From the NCBI GenBank assembly GCA_964550945.1, contig CAZKBD010000005.1, forward strand, positions 1 to 47,961: 47,961 bases of DNA, given 5' to 3'. The translations under genes were made by a program, and so were the position numbers. How positions within the stretch are numbered: position 1 is the first letter of the stretch; each line of letters opens with the position of its first letter. Positions 9,631-19,014 of the stretch are shown piece after piece. The stretch is from an uncultured Methanosarcinales archaeon. GTDB lineage: Archaea > Nanobdellota > Nanobdellia > Woesearchaeales > CAZKBD01. The notes under the pieces are model-generated. The model was not told where the DNA came from and made no database searches. It saw nothing but the letters and a program-made list of their open reading frames with translations.

Positions 9631-9675
9631 TTCTTTGAATAGTAGCCTAAATTTGTTTATAAACTTATCTTAGAA

Positions 9676-10038
9676 CTACTTCTCAGAAGCTACGTTCAGA
9701 AGCACTTTTATTGCTATAACTGCAGCAGCTGGCCCTACAAAGCTGATGAAATTCTGGTACATGTTCAACAGAACAAACCCTAAAGCAGGAATGTCCTTGA
9801 AAACATCAGAGATAACATAAGCAAGGACTATCAAAGCAACGGCCGCAAGCAGGAAACGGTCTATCTCCACATCAGTAATGTTCAAAAGGCCAACCAGAGT
9901 TCCGAGAACAGCTAAGATAACCTTAACTGCCGCGTATTCTGATACTGGGCTTCCAGAAATTAAGATAGCTATAATGGTGCCTACTATGAATGCCCAAACA
10001 CCCAGCTGCTCTGTAAATAACCTCTTTTTTTTCAGCAT
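9676..10038 (-). CDS. hypothetical 4-TM membrane protein
   Basis: Hydrophobic; G.WAF..G and GL.VGLLNIT..E motifs. Confidence 0.7.
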   Translation of the reverse strand: MLKKKRLFTEQLGVWAFIVGTIIAILISGSPVSEYAAVKVILAVLGTLVGLLNITDVEIDRFLLAAVALIVLAYVISDVFKDIPALGFVLLNMYQNFISFVGPAAAVIAIKVLLNVASEK

Positions 10039-10132
10039 CTAGCAATTTCTAGTTTAGCTGGTATTTATATCTTTCTAAAACAGCAAATAAAACCAATATT
10101 TTTATAAACCACCTTCTTACTGATGTATAACC

Positions 10133-11017
10133 ATGGAGCTTGTCTTGATTATAACTAATCTAATAATATTTTCTGCTTTATTGATAGGGACTTATACTGA
10201 TATCAAAACAAGGGAAGTGCCTGACTGGGTTAATTACGGGCTTATTGGAACCGGCTTTACAGTATGGCTTTTGTATGCGCTAATCTTTTCAGAATGGCCT
10301 TTTTTTGTGAATAGCCTAATTGGGTTTGGCGCTTTTTTCATCTTTGCATTGATAATGTTCTATTCAGGGCAATGGGGCGGCGGAGATTCAAAGATGATAA
10401 TGGGCTTGGGAGCATTAATCGGCTTAGATATCAGCTTTAAACAGTTTCCATTCATACTTAGCTTCTTTATTAATACATTATTGGTTGGAGCTGCTTATGG
10501 CTTTATCTGGAGTTTTGTTCTTGCAATCAAGAACTGGAGAGCGTTTTTTAAAAAGACGAAGGAAATTTTTGCAAATAGGAATATAGTCAGAGCAAAATGG
10601 TTTATTCTTGGCTTGATTATTGCTTATATGATTCTATTTTTCATAATGGATGATTATTTATTAAAACTGGCTGTCTCTGGGTTCATCTTAGTAGCGATTT
10701 TAACATTCTACCTCTGGATTTTTGTCAAAGCAATAGAACAAACATGCATGTACAAGTATGTGGCGCCAGAAAAGCTGACAGAAGGAGACTGGATTGCAAA
10801 ACCAGTGAAATATAAAGGAAAGGTGATATGCAGCCCCAAGGATTTGGGAATACTGAAAAAGCAGATAACTTTACTGAAAAGATACAAAATTGAAAAAGTG
10901 CTGATAAAAGAAGGGATACCTTTTGTGCCATCTTTCTTGATGGCGTTCCTGGTCAGCATTTATCTGTTATATTTCATTCCAAGAACATTAGGGAATTTGA
11001 TTTTTTTATTTCTTTAA
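10133..11017 (+). CDS. prepilin/preflagellin peptidase (A24, FlaK/EppA-like)
   Basis: YTDIKTREVPD, GGGDSK, LTEGD and GIPFVP motifs. Confidence 0.9.
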   Translation: MELVLIITNLIIFSALLIGTYTDIKTREVPDWVNYGLIGTGFTVWLLYALIFSEWPFFVNSLIGFGAFFIFALIMFYSGQWGGGDSKMIMGLGALIGLDISFKQFPFILSFFINTLLVGAAYGFIWSFVLAIKNWRAFFKKTKEIFANRNIVRAKWFILGLIIAYMILFFIMDDYLLKLAVSGFILVAILTFYLWIFVKAIEQTCMYKYVAPEKLTEGDWIAKPVKYKGKVICSPKDLGILKKQITLLKRYKIEKVLIKEGIPFVPSFLMAFLVSIYLLYFIPRTLGNLIFLFL

Positions 11018-11163
11018 TCAAATTGCCCCTTAATCTTGCACTCGTCAGAATTTATGATCTTGTCCATCTCTTTCTCAAATTCCTTGTTTGGCCTTGTAAG
11101 TATCTTATACACGTAGTACAAAGCTGCAATGAAGATCAGGCTATAGATGAATTTTGTATCCAT
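11014..11163 (-). CDS. small single-TM protein (49 aa)
   Basis: MDTKFIYSLIFIAALYYVYKILTRPNKEFEKEMDKIINSDECKIKGQFD*; TTTATATA about 25 nt upstream; missed by the ORF track. Confidence 0.6.
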   Translation of the reverse strand: MDTKFIYSLIFIAALYYVYKILTRPNKEFEKEMDKIINSDECKIKGQFD

Positions 11164-11196
11164 GACAGAACAAGATACAGAGGTTATATAAAAATC

Positions 11197-11724
11197 TTAT
11201 GGAATTCTTGTCAGAGACTTTAGCAAATAATCATCTTCATCATCAAGCACTTCCTCAGGCTTAGGCTTTGCTGATTTTTTTGATTCGGTTTTTTCAAAAT
11301 AACCGATATTAGCGGTTTCTTCTTTCAGTTTCAGCTCAACAGTTGACATTTCCTCTTCGCTTAGCTGCTTTGGCTGCAATTGCAGATTAATGCCATCATT
11401 CTCGTTTCTTGGGATGACCTGTATCATAAAATGAGCAATGTTCTGGCCCGCAGCAACTCCATTCTCAACAAAAACATTAGTGCCTTGGATATTTAATGAC
11501 TCAAACACAGCGCTGCCGATCTTATTTGCGACATTAAATAACCCTCCCATCAAAGAATCAGGAACTTGCTCCATTATAGTATGATGCTCTTTTGGCATCA
11601 CAAAACAATGGCCTGGGCCAGAGCCGTTCATATCAAGCACCGCAAGTATATTATCATCTTCATAAATCTTTTTTGAAGGAACCTTTCCTTCAATTATCTG
11701 GCATAAAATACAGTCTTGAGGCAT
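11197..11724 (-). CDS. HIT-family protein, degenerate triad (HFMIQ)
   Basis: CILCQI, GH..VMPKEH and AGQ motifs. Confidence 0.85.
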   Translation of the reverse strand: MPQDCILCQIIEGKVPSKKIYEDDNILAVLDMNGSGPGHCFVMPKEHHTIMEQVPDSLMGGLFNVANKIGSAVFESLNIQGTNVFVENGVAAGQNIAHFMIQVIPRNENDGINLQLQPKQLSEEEMSTVELKLKEETANIGYFEKTESKKSAKPKPEEVLDDEDDYLLKSLTRIP

Positions 11725-12431
11725 TATCGAACACCTAAAACATTTGCAATATCATCGAGGTTTACTTCTTCCCTTTTTGTATCCTGTTTTTGTCTGGCTT
11801 CTTTTTTCTCTTTAGCTTTTTCTTTTTTGATGGGCTTTTCCTTTGTTTTAGTTTCTTTTTCTTCTTCAAATTCAGCCTCTACAACCTTCTTTTTAGGAGC
11901 AGCAATTTTTGGCTCTTCTTTGATTTCAGCGCCTAATTTTTTAGTGATAGTGGCTTGTATCTGGCTCAGGCTTTTTTCTTCCATCTTTCTCTGCGGCACA
12001 TTAAAAGATATTCCATCATCTTCTTTCCTTGGGATTATATGCATCATGAAATGCTGTGCCTTTTGGCCAGCAGCAGGGCCATTTGCAATCAGGATGTTTG
12101 TTCCATTCGCTTCCAAAGCTTTAAGCTGGGCGCTTGATATCGCTTTAGCCACCATTGACATATGATTTAGGATATCTTCCGGCAACTGGGGCATTATCGA
12201 GTAATGCTCTTTTGGCAGCAGAAGAACATGGCCGGGATTTACAGGATTGATATCAAGGAGCCCAAGGCATTTGTCATCTTCATAGATCTTTCTTGACTGG
12301 ACTTTTCCTGCAACAATATGGCAGAATATGCACTGTTTTTTCTGAAACTCCCTCAATTCTTCAGGGCTCATGTGCTTAATCTTTTCCTTTAGCTCTTCAA
12401 TCTGCTCAGGAGTCATTTGTTCTTCAGGCAT
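11724..12431 (-). CDS. HIT-family protein, degenerate triad (HFMMH), with charged extensions
   Basis: CIFCHI, DINP..PGH.L..PK.H and AAGQ motifs. Confidence 0.85.
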   Translation of the reverse strand: MPEEQMTPEQIEELKEKIKHMSPEELREFQKKQCIFCHIVAGKVQSRKIYEDDKCLGLLDINPVNPGHVLLLPKEHYSIMPQLPEDILNHMSMVAKAISSAQLKALEANGTNILIANGPAAGQKAQHFMMHIIPRKEDDGISFNVPQRKMEEKSLSQIQATITKKLGAEIKEEPKIAAPKKKVVEAEFEEEKETKTKEKPIKKEKAKEKKEARQKQDTKREEVNLDDIANVLGVR

Positions 12432-12518
12432 ATTCTTAATTAGAAAGATTAGCTTTTATAAATATTGCTATTAGGAATCAATAAAATTTATAAAGCTGCA
12501 AAAAATCCTTGATATCAA

Positions 12519-12619
12519 GCCGCGGTCGCTTAGCCTGGCTATAGCGGAGGATTGCTAAATTTTAATCACAAACATCCTCTGTCCGAAAGGGCACGAGAGT
12601 TCAAATCTCTCCCGCGGCG
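12519..12619 (+). tRNA. tRNA-Ser(GCT) with 16-nt intron at 37/38 (12558-12573)
   Basis: Acceptor GCCGCGG/CCGCGGC+G; stem GAGGA/TCCTC; long variable arm; upstream TATA; T-tract downstream. Confidence 0.92.
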
Positions 12620-12687
12620 TTTTTTTCTCTGCTATAAAAAATTACGGATAGGCTAAGCGATATATCTTTTTTATCTTTTTGCATAGC

Positions 12688-13443
12688 TTAAGGTGGGCTT
12701 TCGCAGGCTAGCCCGTCTCCATCTCTGTCCAGCCTATGAATATCGTTGCCTAATCCGCCACATAAATCATAAACATACTGAGCTTCTGCATGGTTGCTGA
12801 AATCATTGCAATCATACACATTAGAACTGCAAATATATCCAGATCCTTCACACAAATCGTGCCAAATCCCTACACAGTTCTCTTTTGCTTCCTGCTCTAA
12901 TAGAAAAAATAGGTCTTTGTACTCTAAATTCTGGTCGTAAGGATAATTTCTCGCATAACCTTCTTCTAGGAGTACCTGATTGACAAAATTATCTCCGTAA
13001 TATACATACCTCAATAGTCTACCATAAGCGTCTCTATCTGGTGCAGCATCATCCATTATCAGATTAACTGCCTTTCCATATACCAGCTCCTTAAGCCTAT
13101 CAGTCGCTTCGCTGTAATAATATTCATTTCTTTCTGGAGTATTTATGCCCAATAATCTTACTATTCCACCATTATTCAAAATTAATGTATCCCCATCTGT
13201 CACATTAGTTACAATCAATTTCCCTGAGCAGGGTATCTCGCCAGTTTTATATCTTAACATTAAATTTACCATTTCAGTTAGGCTCAAGTCAGTTTGGCCC
13301 TGCTTATATTTTAGCATCATATTCACTATCTCAACCAAACTAACGCAATAGTCACAATCTGTGTCTGCAATGGTATTACATAAAGAGTATACAGGAAATG
13401 GAGAAATCAGCGTTACTAAAACAATTATAACAAATTTGTTCAT
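12688..13443 (-). CDS. secreted thermonuclease (SNase) with C-terminal Excalibur Ca-binding domain
   Basis: Signal peptide; DGDT, VRLLGINTPE, DAYGRLLRY motifs; YDC.DF...LDRDGDGLACE. Confidence 0.9.
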   Translation of the reverse strand: MNKFVIIVLVTLISPFPVYSLCNTIADTDCDYCVSLVEIVNMMLKYKQGQTDLSLTEMVNLMLRYKTGEIPCSGKLIVTNVTDGDTLILNNGGIVRLLGINTPERNEYYYSEATDRLKELVYGKAVNLIMDDAAPDRDAYGRLLRYVYYGDNFVNQVLLEEGYARNYPYDQNLEYKDLFFLLEQEAKENCVGIWHDLCEGSGYICSSNVYDCNDFSNHAEAQYVYDLCGGLGNDIHRLDRDGDGLACESPP

Positions 13444-13707
13444 GAACCCACCTCAATATGTAATGGATAATGAACCGAATATTTAAGTCTTTTCCAAAGT
13501 GTTAACCTTTTAATCTAATAGTTACATATCAATCTTTATGCGTGCTGTTGATGACAAGAACTTTTCTTATTGGCAGAAAATAAGTTTATCACTCCATTGT
13601 ATGACTTTATGCCTAAGTTATAACAAAATTTAGTGACAAAACTATGATTATGTCTCCTATAAAGGACAGGAAAGTTATTTATAGTTTTGCGCATTAAAAC
13701 TGAAAAT

Positions 13708-13971
13708 ATGAACGGTTTAGGTTATGCTGGATTTGGATTTGCAATGTCAAGCTTGGCTTCTTTTATAATACTGTTAGTTCTTATGGCTCTTGGATTATTG
13801 CCTTCAAGAATTTTTTATGCTGTATTGATCCTTATGGTATTCTTCTTTGGGCTTATTGGATTTGTATTTTGCGCAGCCCAAATGACTCAGAAAGATTACC
13901 CTTTTGTAGTTCCGACATTAATCCTCAATCTAATACTTTTGGTTATCTCAATATTATTTATGCTTTTATGA
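13708..13971 (+). CDS. hypothetical 3-TM membrane protein
   Basis: Hydrophobic ORF; TATA near 13678. Confidence 0.6.
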   Translation: MNGLGYAGFGFAMSSLASFIILLVLMALGLLPSRIFYAVLILMVFFFGLIGFVFCAAQMTQKDYPFVVPTLILNLILLVISILFMLL

Positions 13972-13972
13972 T

Positions 13973-14836
13973 CTAGGAAACAACAAAATTCGTTTTTTCT
14001 TCATTATATATTTTTACTTCGTCAATTACTGAATTAGCTGGATAACTAAGGTAATCTGCTTTGTTCGTATTGCCTAGGATTATCTTTGCAGGAGCTATGT
14101 TAATGTTTACATCATCCCATATAGGGCCAGCACCAATTCTATAGAAGCCTTTCTCAACACCATTGATATACACTCTAACACCATATTTTGGGCCCCAGCT
14201 AGCGGCTATATGGTTCCATTGGCCTACATTCAGGGGATTAGCATTTCCTGAAAGCAGTGCTTTGTATTCTTTTCCGTCTGTTATAGCTCTCATTATAAAA
14301 GCTGAGTATGATGGATCATAATACAATTCGAGCTTTCTTTTATTTGGAAAGCTTTTATCATAAGCGCTGAAAAATTCATGCCTGTCAAAATTAGAGCCAG
14401 GATCCCAGCTTGGCTTGATCCACATTTCTATTGCGCCTCTATCATTATTCCAGCCTTCTGGGGTGCTATAACTTAAGGAACTATCTTCTTTGTAATCCAC
14501 TGCTTTATCAGCATCTTTTACTCTAGAGTACATCAATTTGTCTCCTGAAGCAAAATAAGTTGTTTTAGTAAGGTGGCCAGGAACAAACTTAAGCCCTGAC
14601 ATCTCTCCATTATTTTCTATTATTGTTGCTTCACTTTCTAATGGATCATGCATTATCAAAGAAGGATCGGATATTACGGCTCCTGTTGCGCCTGGCGCTA
14701 CTAATATAGCCCTTCCAATAACCACTACAAATATAGCTACCAACCAAAAATCAGCGTGAAGCTTATGCCTTTTATGCTCAACTTTCTTAACAGAACTTCT
14801 TTTATGTGCCCTTCTTTTTTTGATCATTAACATCAC
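13973..14836 (-). CDS. membrane-anchored LamG/ConA-like lectin domain protein
   Basis: GAIEMWIKP, WNHIAASW, VYING and IDEVKIYN motifs; N-terminal TM with TGAV. Confidence 0.8.
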   Translation of the reverse strand: MMLMIKKRRAHKRSSVKKVEHKRHKLHADFWLVAIFVVVIGRAILVAPGATGAVISDPSLIMHDPLESEATIIENNGEMSGLKFVPGHLTKTTYFASGDKLMYSRVKDADKAVDYKEDSSLSYSTPEGWNNDRGAIEMWIKPSWDPGSNFDRHEFFSAYDKSFPNKRKLELYYDPSYSAFIMRAITDGKEYKALLSGNANPLNVGQWNHIAASWGPKYGVRVYINGVEKGFYRIGAGPIWDDVNINIAPAKIILGNTNKADYLSYPANSVIDEVKIYNEEKTNFVVS

Positions 14837-14949
14837 CTTTTGTAATAACAGCCCTTTGTTAAAGATTTATATAAACATTTCGGTTTTACCCAGCGCGCTA
14901 TTGCCGCCAATACAAAATTTTATAAACAATAACTAAAAGTGATATAGTG

Positions 14950-16941
14950 ATGAGAAAATTATCATTAACAGTTTTAGCCCTGTTATTAATGCCTTTTGTG
15001 TATGCAGGGCCATGGTATTATAATAGTGAATATCTCATTTTAAATTCAGAAATATCTTCAAAATCGACTATTGTGCCTTTGGATATGGATTATTCTGTTG
15101 AGTATGTTCTTGTGAATATGTCTTTTTTTCCAAGAGAATCATGGAATCAGGCGATTAACAGCATGGACATAACTCCTGAGCCCAGAAGCATTAATGAGTC
15201 AATGGAGTTTATATGGAAAAATCCGGCTGAGAAGGACCTTGAGTTTGAAATCAAGTCTGTTATCAAGAACAGCAATCAAGCTAAGGCTGTAAAAACCAAG
15301 GTGGATTTTCCTTTGAAAGATATTTCAGAAGAATTAGCAGTATATACAGAGCCTTCTGAAACAATAGACTCTGATAATGAAGAAATAATTGATTTGGCAA
15401 ATGAGCTGGCAAAAGGAGAGGATGATGAGTATGTTGTTGTCTTCAAACTGGCTGAATGGGTAAAAAACCATGTAAATTATGATCTAACAACTTCAACAGA
15501 GAAAGTATCACAGAAAGCATCCTGGGTATTGCAGACAAGAGAGGGAGTTTGTGACGAGATTACAACGCTTTTTATAGCGATGAACAGGGTTTTAGGAATC
15601 CCTGCCAGATTTGTTTCAGGAATTTCATATACAAATGCTCTGGATATCTCCAGCCAGTGGGGTCCCCATGGATGGGCTGAAGTTTATTTTCCAGGCTATG
15701 GCTGGGTTCCTTTTGATGTCACTTATGGGGAATTTGGCTTTGTTGATCCAACCCATATCAAGATGAGGGAATCCATTGATGGAAATACAACTTCTACAAA
15801 GTACCAGTGGTATGGCAAGGATGTTGACCTGGAAACAAGGCCTTTAGACATTAAAACAAAGTTAGTTGAATCAGTTGGAGAGATAGAGCCATCAATTAGT
15901 TTGGGGATAAATGCTGTAAAAGAGAATATAGGATTCAATTCCTATAATCTAATGGAAGTTTCTGCAGAGAACCTAAAAGATTATTATGTTTCTACAGAGC
16001 TTTATCTTTCAAAATCAAAAGAGATTGAAGTTGTTGGCCAGGAAAGAAGGCAGATATCGCTTAAACCCAATGAAAAAAAGAATTTTTATTGGGTAATCAA
16101 GTTTGCTGGACAATTAAGCGAAAATTACCTATACACTTTTCCTATTGCAGTTTATTCTTTAGGAAATCTCTCAGCTGCAACTTACTTTAAATCAAAATCC
16201 AATGATCCTGTTTTTTCTGAGGAGGATATAAAAGAGACATTAAATCAGCTGCAGGAGGAAGAAACTAAAACTTATTCAAGATCAGTTGATTTAAGATGTG
16301 ATGCAAACCCAGAGTACTATCTATATGAGAAGGACTTAAAATTTAGCTGCGCCATTAAAAACAGCGGGAATATATTTTTAACAGGCTTAAAAGTCTGTTT
16401 ATTGGAAGAATGCGAGATATTTAACTTAGGGATAAGCCAGGAAAGAAATGTGGAGTTTCCTGTTGAGTTTTCAAAGCCAGGCAAGACAGAGCTAACAGTT
16501 ACAGCGGAAAATAAAGACGTCTCTAAAGCAGCTTACCTTACTGTTGAAGTTTTGGATGAGCCAAAAATAGAGATTAACGACATTGAATATCCTAAGAGCA
16601 TAGAGTTCGGGCAGGCTTATTCAGTGGGCTTTAAATTAAATAAGATTTCGTATTCTGTCCCTAAAAATCTGGTTATATCCCTCGACCAGAATGGAATCAT
16701 GAAAGGCTGGGAGATGAATGAATTGAATTCAGACAAGCCTTTTTTAGTGAATTTGCCTGGAAAGGAGTTTAGCTCCAAGAAAAATAAGTTTGGGATCTTG
16801 GTTAGCTATGAAGACACTAATGGAAAAAAATATGAGCAAAAAGAGGAGTTTTACATCACTTTAAGCAAGATATCTTTTACTCAGAGGTTTGTCATGCTTA
16901 TGAATAAGGTTGAAGCATGGCTGGAGGGGTTGTTTAGGTAA
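14950..16941 (+). CDS. secreted transglutaminase-like protein with Ig-like/CARDB-type domains
   Basis: GVCDE, GIPARFVSG and HGWAEV..P..GWVPFDVT (Cys-His-Asp triad). Confidence 0.88.
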   Translation: MRKLSLTVLALLLMPFVYAGPWYYNSEYLILNSEISSKSTIVPLDMDYSVEYVLVNMSFFPRESWNQAINSMDITPEPRSINESMEFIWKNPAEKDLEFEIKSVIKNSNQAKAVKTKVDFPLKDISEELAVYTEPSETIDSDNEEIIDLANELAKGEDDEYVVVFKLAEWVKNHVNYDLTTSTEKVSQKASWVLQTREGVCDEITTLFIAMNRVLGIPARFVSGISYTNALDISSQWGPHGWAEVYFPGYGWVPFDVTYGEFGFVDPTHIKMRESIDGNTTSTKYQWYGKDVDLETRPLDIKTKLVESVGEIEPSISLGINAVKENIGFNSYNLMEVSAENLKDYYVSTELYLSKSKEIEVVGQERRQISLKPNEKKNFYWVIKFAGQLSENYLYTFPIAVYSLGNLSAATYFKSKSNDPVFSEEDIKETLNQLQEEETKTYSRSVDLRCDANPEYYLYEKDLKFSCAIKNSGNIFLTGLKVCLLEECEIFNLGISQERNVEFPVEFSKPGKTELTVTAENKDVSKAAYLTVEVLDEPKIEINDIEYPKSIEFGQAYSVGFKLNKISYSVPKNLVISLDQNGIMKGWEMNELNSDKPFLVNLPGKEFSSKKNKFGILVSYEDTNGKKYEQKEEFYITLSKISFTQRFVMLMNKVEAWLEGLFR

Positions 16942-16986
16942 TAACCATAACACTTTTAAATTTCAAGCGTTTCTTGCTATATTCAA

Positions 16987-17122
16987 GGGCTGGTAGTTCA
17001 ATCTGGACAGCTAAACTGCTGGGATAATAGAATAGCCCCTTGGCTATGGCCCTTATGGGTTACTGAATAGGGGCAGATTCCGGGTTCAAACAAGCTTTGC
17101 TTTGAAAGTCCCGGCCAGTCCA
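16987..17122 (+). tRNA. tRNA-Ala(GGC) with three introns (D-loop ~17007-17028, 37/38 17046-17068, 59/60 17091-17108)
   Basis: Acceptor GGGCTGG/CCAGTCC with G3:U70; stems GCCCC/GGGGC and CCGGG/CCCGG; BHB folds; D-loop intron borders approximate. Confidence 0.88.
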
Positions 17123-17126
17123 TAAC

Positions 17127-17909
17127 ATGACAAAAATACTATATTGCGCGGATCTGCACGGAAGCAAAAGGCTTTATGAAAAATTAGTCAGCTATGCGAA
17201 TAGCCATAAAGACATTAATTCAGTTATCATTGGCGGGGATTTATGCCCTCATGGCACTGGAACTGTGGACGATGCTATAACCCAGCAGAAGGAGTTTATT
17301 GAAACATTTATGATACCTAAATTAAAGGAATGCAAGAAAGAAACATTCTTAATGATGGGAAATGATGATTATAAGGTTAATCTTAAACTTCTGGAGCAAG
17401 AAGAGAAAAAAGGGACTTTCAAATTATTAAATAATGCTCCTAAGAAGATTGATGGCAAGAAGATTGTAGGATATAGCTTTGTCAGCGAGACACCTTTTTT
17501 ATTGAAAGACTGGGAGAAACTAGATAATTCCAGCTCAAAGCCAATAACTGACCCAAAGATGGATTTAAGGACAGCAGCGCAGGAAAAAGGCACTATTGAG
17601 CAGGATATGAAAAAACTGGCTAAAGCAGATATCTATGTTTTCCATTGCCCTCCTTTTCAAACAAATTTAGATATGCTGCCAAACAAGCAGCATGTTGGCT
17701 CTAAATCAATAAAAGAATTTATTGAAAAAGAAAAACCCCTTATGACTTTACATGGGCATATCCACGAAACTGTTACAGCTTCTGGAGAATTTATGGAAAA
17801 GATTGGAGACACTATCTGCATAAATCCAGGGTCTGATTATATTGAAGGCATATTGGATGCTGTTATTATTGACCTTGATAGCCTGGATGTGGAGCATGAG
17901 ATGATATGA
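17127..17909 (+). CDS. metallophosphoesterase (Icc-like)
   Basis: DLHG, GGD, GNDD, HCPP, HGHIHE and NPG motifs. Confidence 0.9.
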   Translation: MTKILYCADLHGSKRLYEKLVSYANSHKDINSVIIGGDLCPHGTGTVDDAITQQKEFIETFMIPKLKECKKETFLMMGNDDYKVNLKLLEQEEKKGTFKLLNNAPKKIDGKKIVGYSFVSETPFLLKDWEKLDNSSSKPITDPKMDLRTAAQEKGTIEQDMKKLAKADIYVFHCPPFQTNLDMLPNKQHVGSKSIKEFIEKEKPLMTLHGHIHETVTASGEFMEKIGDTICINPGSDYIEGILDAVIIDLDSLDVEHEMI

Positions 17910-18388
17910 TCGGAATAATTTCAGATACTCATGATAATGTAGCTAATATCAAGAAGGCTGTAAAACTCTTTAAAGGAAAAAAGTGCGATCTAGTGGTTCA
18001 TTGCGGTGATATTGTAGCTCCGATAACGATTGAATTTTTTAAAGGGCTTAATGTAAAGTTTGTGCAAGGCAATTGTGACGGCGACATTGAATTTTTGAAG
18101 AAAAAATCTGAAGAGATAAACGCAGAATTTTGCGGCGAGATATGCAAGTTTGAAAGGAATAATAAGAAGTTTTTAGCCTACCATGGAAAAGACCAGGCAA
18201 AATTGCAGAAGTTTATTGAAAAACAGGATTATGATTACATCTTGACAGGCCATACACATAAGAGTTTGGATAAAAAGATCGGGAAAACAAGGGTTATCAA
18301 TCCAGGCGCCCATTACTATGGCTGCGAGAATAAGATTGCTGTTTTGGATGAAGTAAATGACATATTGGAATTTATTGAGGTGAATTAG
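17906..18388 (+). CDS. YfcE/MJ0936-family phosphodiesterase
   Basis: SDTHDN, HCGD, GNCD, HG, GHTH and INPG motifs. Confidence 0.92.
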   Translation: MIGIISDTHDNVANIKKAVKLFKGKKCDLVVHCGDIVAPITIEFFKGLNVKFVQGNCDGDIEFLKKKSEEINAEFCGEICKFERNNKKFLAYHGKDQAKLQKFIEKQDYDYILTGHTHKSLDKKIGKTRVINPGAHYYGCENKIAVLDEVNDILEFIEVN

Positions 18389-18389
18389 A

Positions 18390-18830
18390 ATGCAATTGCA
18401 GATGCAGGATGCAAAGCTTGGCAAAAATTGTATTTTTTGCAGAATCATCAAGGGAGAGATTCCATGCACCAAGGTTTATGAAGATGATAATCTGATTTCT
18501 TTTCTTGACATTGCTCCTGCAAATAAAGGCCATTGCCTTGTTATGCCCAAGAATCATTACGAAACTTTATTGGACGCACCTAACCTTGATTTGGCTTTAA
18601 TAATAAAAAAATCAAAGGAGATTGCAAGGGCAATGAGCTCTGCATTAGGAAACCAGGGCTTTAATCTTTTGGTCAATAATAAAAAAGAGGCTGGCCAGGT
18701 TGTGTCTCATGTTCATGTTCACCTTGTTCCTAGATTTGCTGGTGATGGGATATCATTCAATTGGAAGCCTAAGAAATATATGAATGATGAGATAGATGAA
18801 TTTGCAGATAAAATAAAAAGTTTTTTATAG
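18390..18830 (+). CDS. HIT-family hydrolase (intact HVHVH triad)
   Basis: CIFC and AGQVVSHVHVHLVPR. Confidence 0.93.
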   Translation: MQLQMQDAKLGKNCIFCRIIKGEIPCTKVYEDDNLISFLDIAPANKGHCLVMPKNHYETLLDAPNLDLALIIKKSKEIARAMSSALGNQGFNLLVNNKKEAGQVVSHVHVHLVPRFAGDGISFNWKPKKYMNDEIDEFADKIKSFL

Positions 18831-18855
18831 CGTTTCCTGATTCTATATGTTAGGC

Positions 18856-18978
18856 GCCGCTGTAGCTCAGCCTGGTTAGAGCGCTACGCTCATATATTTG
18901 AGCGCTGAGGCTTAGGCCGATGATTGACTCGCTAACTGGGTTACGTAGAGGTCGGGAGTTCAAATCACCCCAGCGGCA
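18856..18978 (+). tRNA. elongator tRNA-Met(CAT) with 48-nt intron at 37/38 (18895-18942)
   Basis: Acceptor GCCGCTG/CAGCGGC+A; stem CTACG/CGTAG; BHB helix CTCA/TGGG. Confidence 0.9.
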
Positions 18979-19014
18979 TCTTCTTATTTTTTGGGTGTTA
19001 AAATTGGCGTTAAA

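Noticed and set aside
11716..12165. 149-aa plus-strand ORF and similar short antisense ORFs throughout the track
   Set aside because: Shadows of well-supported opposite-strand genes
18856..18978. Initiator Met or Ile2 identity for the CAT tRNA
   Set aside because: G1-C72 and no three consecutive G-C pairs in the anticodon stem; the GCC start and 37/38 intron fit elongator Met
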